Source: Bdellovibrionales bacterium
GTDB taxonomy: Bacteria; Bdellovibrionota; Bdellovibrionia; Bdellovibrionales; UBA1609
Assembly (NCBI GenBank): GCA_965199825.1
Contig: OZ241329.1
Location: 2,432,001-2,496,000, forward strand
DNA: 64,000 bases
Direction: 5' to 3'
This document shows, one piece after another, positions 31,228-41,674 of the stretch. The notes below the pieces were generated by a model that had not been told where the DNA came from, searched no databases, and saw only the letters and a list, made by a program, of their open reading frames with translations. The stretch's first letter is position 1. Every line of letters begins with the position of its first letter. Both the position numbers and the translations under genes were made by a program.

Positions 31228-31917
31228 ATGAAATCAGATGGAGAGAAAATGACTAAGAATTATTTAGCCGTAGCTTTTGCAACTATCGCAACGTTGACAT
31301 TGAGTGGAATCGAACTCGCACAAGCTCGAAGTGCAGTAGATGCTATTTCCGATATTCCAGCTATGGTTCAGTATCTTACACGGAAATTTAAATCTGAACC
31401 CATCCTTTCCGAGACTGGGCGGTACGTTGAATCTGGAGAAGACTTCGTAAGATTCGGTGATAATATCATCGGTTCGCCAAATCACGGAAATGCTATGGGT
31501 GATTGGGACTTCGTCCGAATCGCACAAAAAGGCGACGCTGAAATTTTAGTTACTGGCGAAACTTTGAGATCAGCCAACATGACAAAATCAAAACTTTTTA
31601 TTTTTAATGGTTTACCCAGTAGTGAGCGAGAGTTGAGTGTTGCTATGGCCTATGGACTCCGAGTGACTAAGAAAAAATTAAGTGCACGTGTTGAAAAAGC
31701 ATGGGCAAATACTGTAAATAATCATCCCGGAGTTACAAACTTAGAAGCCCTTATACATAAAAGCGATTCGTCATCAATTGGATTCGCACGAAACCAGCGT
31801 GAAATTTATCTAACTGGTGACCAATATGTTCTAAATATCGAAAATTTAGATCCTGCAATTGTAGAAGAATTTTTGACGACGCTTGTGAGATCAATCAATT
31901 CCATGGGTCGTCTCTAG
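31228..31917 (+). CDS. Secreted hypothetical protein
   Basis: Signal peptide ending AQA; probable start MTKN at 31249 after GGAGA. Confidence 0.7.
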   Translation: MKSDGEKMTKNYLAVAFATIATLTLSGIELAQARSAVDAISDIPAMVQYLTRKFKSEPILSETGRYVESGEDFVRFGDNIIGSPNHGNAMGDWDFVRIAQKGDAEILVTGETLRSANMTKSKLFIFNGLPSSERELSVAMAYGLRVTKKKLSARVEKAWANTVNNHPGVTNLEALIHKSDSSSIGFARNQREIYLTGDQYVLNIENLDPAIVEEFLTTLVRSINSMGRL

Positions 31918-31919
31918 TC

Positions 31920-33404
31920 TTGAAAACGATTTGCTTACGAATCCGAACGAGAGCCCAATACCTTGCTGCTGCAGCCCTACTTTTTTGTGGGTCTGCTTTT
32001 GCAAGCTCAGTCACGCTTTCTGATAAAATTAATTTTTTAATTACTCAGCGATCGGTCGTAAAAATAATTGATGGACTTAATGAATCGAACTTACAACAAG
32101 CTGTCGATTGCCTTCAAAACACAAAGTCCTCAGCTTCTTTTAAAAATATTAGATCTCAAGGCGATTTAAATATTCAAAAGTTTGACTGCGATATCTTTTT
32201 GAATCGGTATTTTTTTGATGGGCTGACCGATCGTTGGTCAGAAATGCGCCGCGATCTGATTTTGAGCAGCACAACTTTTCCTACGGACACGCCCCTCATT
32301 GCAGCTCGTAATTTGGAACGTGACGCCGCTTTTCAGATTCAATTCAATCCCGTTCATCCAGTCACCAATTTTTTGTCGCGATGGATGATTCCCGTTGCCA
32401 AGGTTGAGCCACTCAAACGCGAGAGCTCAGAATTCAAAGAGATTTTGATTGGACTCTCGAAACAGTACCAAGACATCTGTGAAGATTATTTCACTCAACC
32501 AAGTACAACACTTCGGTTAAAACGTTTTAGTTCTGTTGTGGCTCAAGAGCAGTTTTGTATAACTATGCTGCGCGAGCCGAATTCGAATTTGGATAATCAA
32601 GATGTGCGTAATCTCGTGCGTATGAATGAACAGAACTTTTCGATTTTTCTTCAATCTCAACTTCGAAAATTCCGCGAAGAAAAACGTCAAGCCTACTATG
32701 AGGCACTCAACTCAAGACAATATCTTTTAATGATGTCAACTCCAAGCTCGCCGATCCTCGAACCGCTTATCTTTATTCTTGAAAATGCGAAAGCACGAAA
32801 AAAAACAAATGAAATCTATGATTTCAAGAATAATATTGCATCGGAGATTAAGTCTTTTTCAGCGGGTCTATCGTCAGCAGCACAACGCCAAAATTTATAT
32901 CAAGATCTCTCTATTTATGCGGATGCGCAGTACGCATTTCTTTATACCGGAAAAATATTTGAAGCCACAGAACGCAAAAATGTTTTACTTGCTCCTCTAA
33001 ACCTTGTTCGCGAAGCGGTAAAAAAGGATATTGAATGGGATCATATGAAGGATCGAATGGCCGAAGATGCTTTGGTCCTAGCGGTCAACGTTGGTTGCCT
33101 TGCATTGAAACGAGCAACATTATTTTTTGGATGTCTCGTTGCGGTTTCTACGCCACTCAATGTGTGGTTAGTTCAATCGAGTATCAATGATTACGGGACC
33201 TACCTAAACGATTTACTTTCTGTTTTGGAAAGCCAACACAAATTGTCTTCCATGGCCGATGCCGACTCTCACTTTGCCGGAACATTATTTTCAGTTGTAA
33301 CTTCGGTAGGTGGCATCACATTGGACGGCGCTTCTGCAGTAGGTCGACTAGGCGAAATACTGCGCTCACTTAAAACAGAAACTTATGCTGTTCATGCGTA
33401 TTAA
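31920..33404 (+). CDS. Secreted helical protein with C-terminal hydrophobic segments
   Basis: Signal ending AFA; 494 aa; hydrophobic hairpin near C-terminus; 2 nt after the previous stop. Confidence 0.7.
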   Translation: MKTICLRIRTRAQYLAAAALLFCGSAFASSVTLSDKINFLITQRSVVKIIDGLNESNLQQAVDCLQNTKSSASFKNIRSQGDLNIQKFDCDIFLNRYFFDGLTDRWSEMRRDLILSSTTFPTDTPLIAARNLERDAAFQIQFNPVHPVTNFLSRWMIPVAKVEPLKRESSEFKEILIGLSKQYQDICEDYFTQPSTTLRLKRFSSVVAQEQFCITMLREPNSNLDNQDVRNLVRMNEQNFSIFLQSQLRKFREEKRQAYYEALNSRQYLLMMSTPSSPILEPLIFILENAKARKKTNEIYDFKNNIASEIKSFSAGLSSAAQRQNLYQDLSIYADAQYAFLYTGKIFEATERKNVLLAPLNLVREAVKKDIEWDHMKDRMAEDALVLAVNVGCLALKRATLFFGCLVAVSTPLNVWLVQSSINDYGTYLNDLLSVLESQHKLSSMADADSHFAGTLFSVVTSVGGITLDGASAVGRLGEILRSLKTETYAVHAY

Positions 33405-33452
33405 ACATAAACTAGCTATTTCTTTATCAGCGCGGATTCCATAACCAAAATA

Positions 33453-33468
33453 TGGCTATTTTTTTGCA
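33453..33468 (+). promoter_or_regulatory. Candidate sigma54 -24/-12 promoter
   Basis: TGGCTATTTTTTTGCA = GG-N10-GC, upstream of the 33502 gene. Confidence 0.4.
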
Positions 33469-33501
33469 AAGTCATATTTTCGTATAATCAAATCATTTTG
33501 A

Positions 33502-34401
33502 TTGCTTGATAACGTTAGGGAGTCGGCAATTTTAAGCTCAATTTTGACAATTTTTGTTCTTTTAAGTTGGGGTGTTGAACAGTCAGCCACTAACAGGTGC
33601 GTGAATCAAGACATGAGAAATTCCGCAGTAGCGCCTTTTAGATCGCAAATCTATCGCCACAAGAACCAATTATGGGATTCGGGATATTGTTATGCATTCG
33701 CAATGTCCAATGTCATTGGACAGGCTCTGGGGATTGCAGTCGCACCAGAAGACATCGCTTTTCAGTACTGGAAAACCTATTTTGAAAAGCAAATGAACAA
33801 CAAAAACGATATTTTGTATGGCCTTTTTCCAATTGATGATTCTATTCAATTGGGCGGAGAAATGAACGATGCCGCCCAAGCATTGAAACCGATCGGATAC
33901 TGTCAGGCTGCTCGTTTTAATAAATACATTCAAACTTTAGGTAAACCAAAAGATTGGTATATATCTTTGCATTTGAGATCTCAAAAATTATCGATCCAAG
34001 CTTTTAAAAAGGAGTTTGAATTCGCATGTGTTCCGCGTGTATTTTTAAATTCGAATTTGTCTCTAAAGGTTGAAACATTAAAAAATGACATCCAACTGAA
34101 ATCTGATCCAGAGGCATCGATTCAAGGTTTGATTGCTAAAATCGATTCAACCTTAGGTGAAAAACGATTTGTGATTTTAAATTATCAACACCATGTTGTG
34201 ACAATCGTCGGGAAGAGCGAAGACTGTAGTTACATTATTCAAGACTCAATACCCTTATCAGTTCGAGAATGGGCTAATGCACCCAAATATTATTTTGCAC
34301 ACGAAGGAGAATTTATCCAATTCTGGAGTAAACAAGGAATATTTGATGCTTTGATATCCGACACGAGTAGCGCAGCGATATCGTATATCGAGACAAAATG
34401 A
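33502..34401 (+). CDS. Secreted papain-like (C1-type) cysteine peptidase
   Basis: Q-x6-C in NQLWDSGYCYAFA; HHVVTIVG; YIIQDS. Confidence 0.7.
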   Translation: MLDNVRESAILSSILTIFVLLSWGVEQSATNRCVNQDMRNSAVAPFRSQIYRHKNQLWDSGYCYAFAMSNVIGQALGIAVAPEDIAFQYWKTYFEKQMNNKNDILYGLFPIDDSIQLGGEMNDAAQALKPIGYCQAARFNKYIQTLGKPKDWYISLHLRSQKLSIQAFKKEFEFACVPRVFLNSNLSLKVETLKNDIQLKSDPEASIQGLIAKIDSTLGEKRFVILNYQHHVVTIVGKSEDCSYIIQDSIPLSVREWANAPKYYFAHEGEFIQFWSKQGIFDALISDTSSAAISYIETK

Positions 34402-34486
34402 CGAGCTCAATTATCCTCAGAGATTCAGAAGATGGCATGCTTCGAACTTCTTCGGACAATCCGGTTGATAAGAATAATATGACAGC

Positions 34487-35890
34487 TTACTCTCGACGTT
34501 TTAAAATAACCGACAAATCATCATAGTAAGCGATGACCCACTCGCCTTGCTGAACAGCCCGCGAGAGGTAGCGAATCTCCATGGGATGCCCCTTTGCAAG
34601 CACCCGTTTTCGGAGTACAAACATTTTGATATTCATCTGTTCTATCAAACTTTGGACCTCAATATCTGAGCGATAAATCTTCATGTAAACCTCGTCCAAA
34701 AACTTTGGACAATCGATATGGCCATGATAAGCCACTTTCAGTGCTCCATCAAAACGCCACACAAAGTAAGAGCCCCAATCTGTTTCGTTAAAAAGATTTC
34801 CACTCCAGTGATTGCTCTCAATGAAATCGGCAGCCCCAATTGGAAGAGCATAGGGACTGACGCCACCACCCGCTTCAATAAAACCGGTATGTGTGGGATA
34901 TCCCCATCCTATCACCAATACCAATGCGGCCATTTGGAAACCCAAACTCAAAAACCGAATCGATTTTATTGGCTTTAAATTTTGAGAAATCAAAATCAAA
35001 CAGCCCAATGCCGAAACAAACATAAATCGCAATGCATTGTGCCCCAAGAGGACTAAAAAAATAAAAACAACCGTTTCGAAAATTGATTTATTTTTAATTA
35101 GTAAAAAGGCTGTTAATGCCCAAATGGCGACAAGACACAAAACTTCTGGGACTGCAAATGCACCTGGAGAAAACGTTGGCATCCACTCCAAAAAATGAGT
35201 TCGAAAAATCATCCACTCCCCACCCCAAATTTTCTCAAAGGGATAAAGGAAACCTTTTATTCCCAATGGATTAATCATGCAGGCTAAGACAGAAATAAAA
35301 AAACTTTTAACAAACAAAATTCTCGGCTTCTGCGTGAGTACGAGCAAACCCAAAAGAAAAAGCCCCAAAGGAAAACCTGGATGGCAATTGACCCAAATCA
35401 AAAAAAGAGCCGGCACTCCAAACAAAAACATTTTTTGTGATTTGTTTTTTTGGGTCATCACGAAAATTAACAGGACACAAAAAAAATCAGAAATCAGCGA
35501 GGCCTTTTCGCTAAACCGCAGGCATCCTGCATAAGCCCCAATAAGTAAAAGTGGCCCTGCTAAATAATTTTTGTTCTTTATCAAAGTCCAAACCAAAAGA
35601 AAGCTCATCAAGCTGATGAGCAATGTTTTAAAGGCGATTACAAAATTAAACCCACCCAACCAAAAGATTGAATAAAAAAGAAGGTAGCTCCCCCACTCGT
35701 GAGCGATGTGCCAATTGGGACTTGGGGCTTGGATTAAAAAAGGATCGAAATTCAAAAACTCGCCAGCAAAAACTTTTTTGCCAAGCTCAAGATACATAAA
35801 GAGGTCGTCGGAGCGCACAGGCGTAAAACACGCGTAACCTAAAGTGAGCTGGCTCAATATGGTATTTTTGAATTTGAAGAGTTCTTTCAT
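34487..35890 (-). CDS. Polytopic membrane protein, GT-C-like glycosyltransferase candidate
   Basis: DDLFMYLELG...DPF...HEW; WVNCHPGF; CMINPLG; EWMP; FNETDWGSY; many TM segments. Confidence 0.6.
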   Translation of the reverse strand: MKELFKFKNTILSQLTLGYACFTPVRSDDLFMYLELGKKVFAGEFLNFDPFLIQAPSPNWHIAHEWGSYLLFYSIFWLGGFNFVIAFKTLLISLMSFLLVWTLIKNKNYLAGPLLLIGAYAGCLRFSEKASLISDFFCVLLIFVMTQKNKSQKMFLFGVPALFLIWVNCHPGFPLGLFLLGLLVLTQKPRILFVKSFFISVLACMINPLGIKGFLYPFEKIWGGEWMIFRTHFLEWMPTFSPGAFAVPEVLCLVAIWALTAFLLIKNKSIFETVVFIFLVLLGHNALRFMFVSALGCLILISQNLKPIKSIRFLSLGFQMAALVLVIGWGYPTHTGFIEAGGGVSPYALPIGAADFIESNHWSGNLFNETDWGSYFVWRFDGALKVAYHGHIDCPKFLDEVYMKIYRSDIEVQSLIEQMNIKMFVLRKRVLAKGHPMEIRYLSRAVQQGEWVIAYYDDLSVILKRRE

Positions 35891-36086
35891 AGTGCTTAGG
35901 TTAAGATCGAACTTCAAAGATTCAACATAAATTATAAATTTAGGCCTACGATTTTTTATTTTAATTCGGTTTGAAATTGCATTCATTAATTAAGCGAAGT
36001 TTGGAGAAGGAATGTGACGCGCCCTCTATTGATCTCAATCTAAATATTTTGAAGACTCTTAGAAATTATTCTGAAGGGATTTATTA

Positions 36087-36449
36087 TTGAAAGCATTATG
36101 GCTAATTGTATGGGCGACTCTGATTTTTGGAAATGCGGCCTCAGGCATGTGCAATCAAAGTCTAGAATCAAACATTTCTCAGCTCCAACTGAGTGAAGTC
36201 AGCAAACAGAAACTGATTCACGCAGCTCTAGATTTTCGGCGCGATTTTGGCGAGCACACTCAAGGTTTAACCGCGGAGATGAATTCCACTGAATCGTCCA
36301 AACCAGGAGACGGAAGAATCGCCACAATTCAATTCCTAAGAAATGGCAAAGCAGAGGGTTGGACAATGCAAATTTCTTTTGAAGTCGTAAAAGAAGAAGT
36401 GGTTTTGAAGGCGATTCGATTTCGCGGTATTACTGAACTTCAAAAATAA
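36087..36449 (+). CDS. Small secreted hypothetical protein
   Basis: GAAGGG RBS, TTG start, signal peptide. Confidence 0.65.
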   Translation: MKALWLIVWATLIFGNAASGMCNQSLESNISQLQLSEVSKQKLIHAALDFRRDFGEHTQGLTAEMNSTESSKPGDGRIATIQFLRNGKAEGWTMQISFEVVKEEVVLKAIRFRGITELQK

Positions 36450-36479
36450 TCAGTGGGTGCTTTTCTGCATTGAGCCTAC

Positions 36480-37115
36480 TTAATCGAGAGTTGATAGCTG
36501 CTGACACTGAGTTTTTTGAACTTGTCCTGTGACTTTAGCTGTATCTTGAAGCTGGGCTTTGATGCGGGCTTTGCCATTTTGAGCTTGAAGGAGAAGCTCC
36601 CAAAATGATTTGTAATGGGAGACTCTAAATTCAACACGTTGAGTTCCGCTACAAAGTTGTTGTGTCGTTTTGCAACTGCCCATCATACAACCAAAACAAT
36701 TTCCCACGTAACTACACGAGACTAATTCTACAGAATACGTGTCGTTTATCACTTCTGAGGTTGTGCGAACTGTGGTCGTTACGGGCTGACCAGTAGATTT
36801 TGCACTCAATTCAAAATAATCGCTTTTGTAGAAGCTAGGGATAAAAAGCAGAAAATCAAAATTCTGGTTCGACGAATTGGTAATTTTAAGCACCTTGTTT
36901 CGAAGAGTTAATATTGGGTGAGCAAAAAAACTGGGGCTTTCGATCGTGAGATCAAGCTGACCATTCTTTATTTCTTCCAGCTGCCCTTGAGGATTTTTGA
37001 GAAGCACCTGGCCTTCAACTTCGACATTTCCGATAAATTTTTGATCGGTTAAGTCTTCGGCTAAAACTCTGACCGATACACAAAAAGCCAAAATTAATAA
37101 TGTCATCAATTTCAT
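36480..37115 (-). CDS. Secreted Cys-rich hypothetical protein
   Basis: MKLMTLLILAFCVSVRVLA signal; SCSYVGNCFGC...C...CSG. Confidence 0.7.
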   Translation of the reverse strand: MKLMTLLILAFCVSVRVLAEDLTDQKFIGNVEVEGQVLLKNPQGQLEEIKNGQLDLTIESPSFFAHPILTLRNKVLKITNSSNQNFDFLLFIPSFYKSDYFELSAKSTGQPVTTTVRTTSEVINDTYSVELVSCSYVGNCFGCMMGSCKTTQQLCSGTQRVEFRVSHYKSFWELLLQAQNGKARIKAQLQDTAKVTGQVQKTQCQQLSTLD

Positions 37116-37399
37116 AAGATCCTTGGATGAGAGACGGTCACAATACTCTTCTGCAAACGTGCCAAAGGGTTGGACAACGTATACGGTCTTAAGGCTGATC
37201 AAGAAGTAATCGCATTTGTAATAACTCTCAAATTTTGAGGCTTAATGTTTTGCTAACGCTTTGTTTAAACCAGATGCGAAACCGCCTTCAGGACTTAATT
37301 AGCATAATTGACAAAAGGGTTTTGTTGTAAATAAATTTATTTAGTTTAATTGATGAATTCTGGGTTTTCTACCAAAGCTTAGACATTCTGTTCTAGTCT

Positions 37400-38239
37400 T
37401 CAGCCCCCACCAAGCAGCAAGTCCGCACAAGCAATCCCTGCTTTACGACCTTCTATTTCTAAAGCAAGATCGGTAAGAGCTTTTGATGCCAAATTCCAAG
37501 GGGCAGGCTTTCGATCTACAACTCCTCCGCTGTTTGAACCAAAATATCCATCAGGAGAATCGGTAATGATTGTTTTTAGAGCTTGTATAGCCAACTGGCC
37601 GACTTCAGTTTGAGAGTTTACACGAACAATCCGAGCTAAAGTTCCAATCGACAACATCACATGCTCAGTGCTCGCTGACTCATGTTTAACGAGCTCTTTG
37701 TACATCAGAGCAATTTCGGTCAACGTGTCCATTACGCTTTTTATTTCAGATCTTAACGAAGTTGCGAGTTGAGGGTCCTTGAGCAGTTTTTCTGCTAGTA
37801 ACAAAAATATATTATCAAACTCATTTTGTTTTCTTGTGGGTATGGGTTCCGCCAAAACATTGAGATAGCTTTCAGATCCTAGCAAATAGGCATTACTTCT
37901 TGTGCTCCCCGATTTGATCGCATGAGCTTGGTTTATCAGAGCTCTTTTTGTTAACTTACCTAAGACTTCAATCAAAGCATTTTGGCTTTCAACAGAATAT
38001 CGGGTGTTTCCGTAAGGTCGATTGAAATCGTTCAGTCGTGCTAGCATTTGCTTAATGGGATTGGTGTATTCAAAACTATTGGATGCACCGATCAAAGCTT
38101 TTAGAAAAACGGGATAAGGCTGCTCACCAATTTCGTAGAGTGATGTAGGCTGATTCGGCGGAAATTGATCCAGGCTTATGACAGCAGCTTGAGCCTGAGT
38201 GGAAATGAGAACAGAAAAAATCAAGTTCTGAAGTGACAT
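37400..38239 (-). CDS. Secreted helical hypothetical protein
   Basis: GGAGA RBS; signal ending AQA; C-terminus IACADLLLGGG. Confidence 0.7.
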   Translation of the reverse strand: MSLQNLIFSVLISTQAQAAVISLDQFPPNQPTSLYEIGEQPYPVFLKALIGASNSFEYTNPIKQMLARLNDFNRPYGNTRYSVESQNALIEVLGKLTKRALINQAHAIKSGSTRSNAYLLGSESYLNVLAEPIPTRKQNEFDNIFLLLAEKLLKDPQLATSLRSEIKSVMDTLTEIALMYKELVKHESASTEHVMLSIGTLARIVRVNSQTEVGQLAIQALKTIITDSPDGYFGSNSGGVVDRKPAPWNLASKALTDLALEIEGRKAGIACADLLLGGG

Positions 38240-38485
38240 CGATATCTCCAAAAGTGCTAAGACATTAAACAAGAAAATATTTGAAGCGAGCTATAGATCG
38301 CACTAGCCTTAACCGCACAAACTCAGCAATCAAAATTAGAGATGCGGTGAATATTTTTTAAATACGTTGCTGCTTGCGCTGTCAGGCCACCGAGTCAAAG
38401 AGGAAGCCGTCTCTCGCCCACTTTTATTGTTTGAACTATACAACACGAATTGTTTATCTCAGAAATCTAGGATAGCCGCTTATCC

Positions 38486-39050
38486 ATGAAAATCTTTATT
38501 CTCTCCGCATTCATAGTGTTTCTAGCTTTTGCTCAAAAATGCTTTTTGCATTTTGCTTTTGCAAAGTACGGCTAGGTTATTATCAAGTCCAAGATCATTT
38601 TGTCACTCAGCTTGGAGCAGATGAAGCCAAAGAAAATTTTGGAAAATTATTGCCGGCCGCTATTTAAAGAATCTTCACATCTGGCATACCCTGCCACCAA
38701 ATGATGAAATTGGACTTTGGATGGCATTCTATCCTGCGGCGATCGTTAATGCTGTTTTTGTCGCAATGAGCCTCGGGGCGTATCGCATGAATTCCAAATC
38801 TATAAATCAGCTTTGGCCGATAGTTGAATTTGCGAATAGTCATCGCGATGAACTCGAAATCTTTGGCATTCAAATTCCAATATTACCTTTCACACAAAAT
38901 TTATGGAGATCAAAGAATTTACTCAATCGATGGCGGAGCCGCAAAATATTTATTGAAAAAGTGAGATCTCAGAATGCGGAAGTGTTTCATTTCATTCGAG
39001 AGATTGCTTATCTCGATATCGCTATTGCAATCGCAGATTCGTTTCTTTAG
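38486..39050 (+). pseudogene. Degraded paralog of the 43706-44437 gene
   Basis: MKIFIL...AFAQ; GYYQVQDHFVTQLGADEAKENFGKLLPAAI*; internal deletion; then YRMNSKSINQLWPI...EIAYLDIAIAIA. Confidence 0.85.
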
Positions 39051-39243
39051 GTATTGGTTCGATCTCGAAGATTCTGATTTTTTGATTACCTAAAGCGGTG
39101 CAAGATAGCTAAAAGCCAAACCACATTTATCCCGACCTTAGACCTAAAAGTAGTAGAAGACGAGATTGCGCCGGCAAGAAAAGATCTTACTGCCAATCAA
39201 TGATCTATACTTTGAATAATGAGCAACAAAAGTCTTATAGCTT

Positions 39244-40851
39244 ATGTTTAGATCAATTTATCTCGTCGTGTTGATGGGAATAATCCTGGGTTGCGCCACT
39301 GCTTCTCAAGTTGCGCGTAAACCTCAAGCCCTCGAATCCAACACGGAAGACTCTATCTCGCTCATTGCACAGGTTTTAAATCCCCAAATTAAAATTCTAG
39401 ATCGAAATGTTCTCACGTTTAGGTATGAAGATGCAGATCATAGCTTCAATCCACAAACCGCAGGAGATATACAGAATCGAGAATTTTCATGGGCTCGCCG
39501 GTTTTATGATTCCACGAAGTTTCGTGGATCGATGATTGGGCCTGGGGTCTACGTGGCTCTTGATCCAAATTCTACGCCGAAATATGGGGGAGCTGACCCT
39601 CAACTTTTTTTGCTTAAGCTTAAACAAGGGTCACGGTTGCTTGTCGGTGATGCCAATACAGTCAAGGCCCGCGACTACTCTACTGTTAAAGGCGTGCTCA
39701 ATTCACTGAGCTGTATTGATAACACCAAGAATAAAGACCCAGTGCCCCTCAAGACCTATGCCGATATTCTTTCAGCCTTTCGCTCTTCGGAAAAATCAGA
39801 ATGTAGAGAACTTATTATTCAGGTTTATAAACGGCTTCAAATTCAAGCAACACTCTATCACTTTGACTCGAGCACTTTAAAAGATTGTCGTTTCAGCGGG
39901 ACCGCGATCAATATCGTCGATCCCTCATGCATTGTTGAAAATGACATCAATTTTTATTCTGCAAATAAAAGGATCGAAGGAGATCCTTTAATCACTCCGT
40001 TCGTAAAAAAACTATTCATCGAAGGAATTAATAACCTAACCGCACAAGCTGAACTGGACAGCTTTAGCATGGTTGAAAAATACCGAAATCAATTTAAATT
40101 ATTCGAAAATGTTCCTAACCTTTCCGAAGCCGATTTTCGAGTGTTGAAAATAAAAAATATCCTCAAGTGTGGCGATGTTTCGTCGGTCGAAGATCCGAAT
40201 TTAAAATTTGCCGCATTTTTGAAACAGAATGCTCGGATCAATTTAGATCCAGAAATTTATAATTTATATTTAAAAGCTGCGTTCGCCTATAAAGCAAAAT
40301 TTGCTGATGTCTTTCGCACTCCAACAAAAGCTTATGGAAGCTTCGTCTTGTCGAGGGTTCGAATGATTGAAAAGCTGGGATTCAAAAATTCTGGCTTGAT
40401 CCAGGATGAAGTTAATTTTACTAAGTGGCGAAAAATAAAGAGCTTAATGAATGATCCATCGTTGTGGACAACGATCCCTCAAAAACTGAAGGAAAATGCG
40501 ATCGGGAACCTTTTCGAATTCGAACGCAAAATGAATCGTGAACTGGACAAAATGCCGTCTGATAACCAAAAGAGTCCGATCGCTCTAGCCGATCTTCTCA
40601 ACAAAATTGGGGCGGGTCCTAAAACTATTCAAATTTTATTCACCACTTCAAATCTGGATTTTGGAAATATACCCATCTTCGAAAAGAACATTCCTACGGA
40701 TTCTCGCAAGGACTACACCGAATTATTAATAAGAAATAAAAACAAGCTTAAAAAAATTCTGCAACAGTGCGAACTGATTTATTCTGATCCAATTTTATCA
40801 ATGCAAGATGTGCTCGATAGCCCATGCGGAATTGAAAAATTAGAACAATAA
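39244..40851 (+). CDS. Lipoprotein with ADP-ribosyltransferase-like N-terminal domain
   Basis: Lipobox ILGC; GPGVYVALDPNSTPKYG (Y-x10-Y). Confidence 0.6.
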   Translation: MFRSIYLVVLMGIILGCATASQVARKPQALESNTEDSISLIAQVLNPQIKILDRNVLTFRYEDADHSFNPQTAGDIQNREFSWARRFYDSTKFRGSMIGPGVYVALDPNSTPKYGGADPQLFLLKLKQGSRLLVGDANTVKARDYSTVKGVLNSLSCIDNTKNKDPVPLKTYADILSAFRSSEKSECRELIIQVYKRLQIQATLYHFDSSTLKDCRFSGTAINIVDPSCIVENDINFYSANKRIEGDPLITPFVKKLFIEGINNLTAQAELDSFSMVEKYRNQFKLFENVPNLSEADFRVLKIKNILKCGDVSSVEDPNLKFAAFLKQNARINLDPEIYNLYLKAAFAYKAKFADVFRTPTKAYGSFVLSRVRMIEKLGFKNSGLIQDEVNFTKWRKIKSLMNDPSLWTTIPQKLKENAIGNLFEFERKMNRELDKMPSDNQKSPIALADLLNKIGAGPKTIQILFTTSNLDFGNIPIFEKNIPTDSRKDYTELLIRNKNKLKKILQQCELIYSDPILSMQDVLDSPCGIEKLEQ

Positions 40852-40855
40852 AAAT

Positions 40856-41674
40856 TCAGTTCAATCGGGTATCGAGAAATTGGGCGCACCTTTGTCGGTT
40901 CGCCTCATGATAGATTTTTTTACCTAAGTGAGCAGCTTTTAGAAGGGCGTTCTCCAAAAAAGAAAAATCATTAGATTGATCAGGATAATTTCTATTAATA
41001 AGATCTTGATGGTGATTGATTCGGGTTATGAAATCCACAAAATGTTTCGCCCCATAGCTAAGTTGAGACAAAGCTTGCTCTCTCGAAACATTAAGGGCTT
41101 CGCTATTCTCACTAATAAATAAAACAATCTCGGCCTCGTCGAGATGTAATAGCTCGGTTGCTTTCACCAACCCTTGAATCATAATAAAAGATTCGTGTGA
41201 TCGATCCATTTCAACACTGAGTTGTTGTTCAATTTCTGTTCGTATTCGATCCGCATATGAAATTGGCTCGCTTTGCTGCTCATGAGTTAGCTTTCCTAAA
41301 CGGAAACGGTCAACAAGGTAGTGGAGGAGTTCGTGGAGGACGTCACCATTTTCTGGCTGGGCGGGAAGTAAAATATGCGGATATTTTCTGATATGCAGTG
41401 GCAAAAGAGATTTATATGCAGGTATGTAGAGAGCATAATCACTTTCATACTTTCTAAAAAAAAGCAGATCTGCATCACTGTCACGTTTATCGCGCCAAAT
41501 AGGATTTTCACCGATGAGATGAATTCGAAGATCTGTAAAATTCGCTTTAATCTCTCGTAATAAAATGGGTATCGAAGAATTTTTGGCTATTTCTAGCAAG
41601 ACACTTCGATCTTCAGGGCGAAGGTCTAAACCATAACCGGGGAGTGCGAGAAGTATAAGCAAGAGGAACATCAT
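40856..41674 (-). CDS. Secreted HExxH (zincin-like) protein
   Basis: Signal peptide; VLHELLH; downstream DEAE; ATGA overlap with upstream gene. Confidence 0.65.
   Translation of the reverse strand: MMFLLLILLALPGYGLDLRPEDRSVLLEIAKNSSIPILLREIKANFTDLRIHLIGENPIWRDKRDSDADLLFFRKYESDYALYIPAYKSLLPLHIRKYPHILLPAQPENGDVLHELLHYLVDRFRLGKLTHEQQSEPISYADRIRTEIEQQLSVEMDRSHESFIMIQGLVKATELLHLDEAEIVLFISENSEALNVSREQALSQLSYGAKHFVDFITRINHHQDLINRNYPDQSNDFSFLENALLKAAHLGKKIYHEANRQRCAQFLDTRLN

Noticed and set aside
26221..37164. GGCACG..TTGCA elements at ~26221-26234 and ~37152-37164 (minus strand) as sigma54 promoters
   Set aside because: GG-to-GC spacing is 8 and 7 nt rather than the required 10
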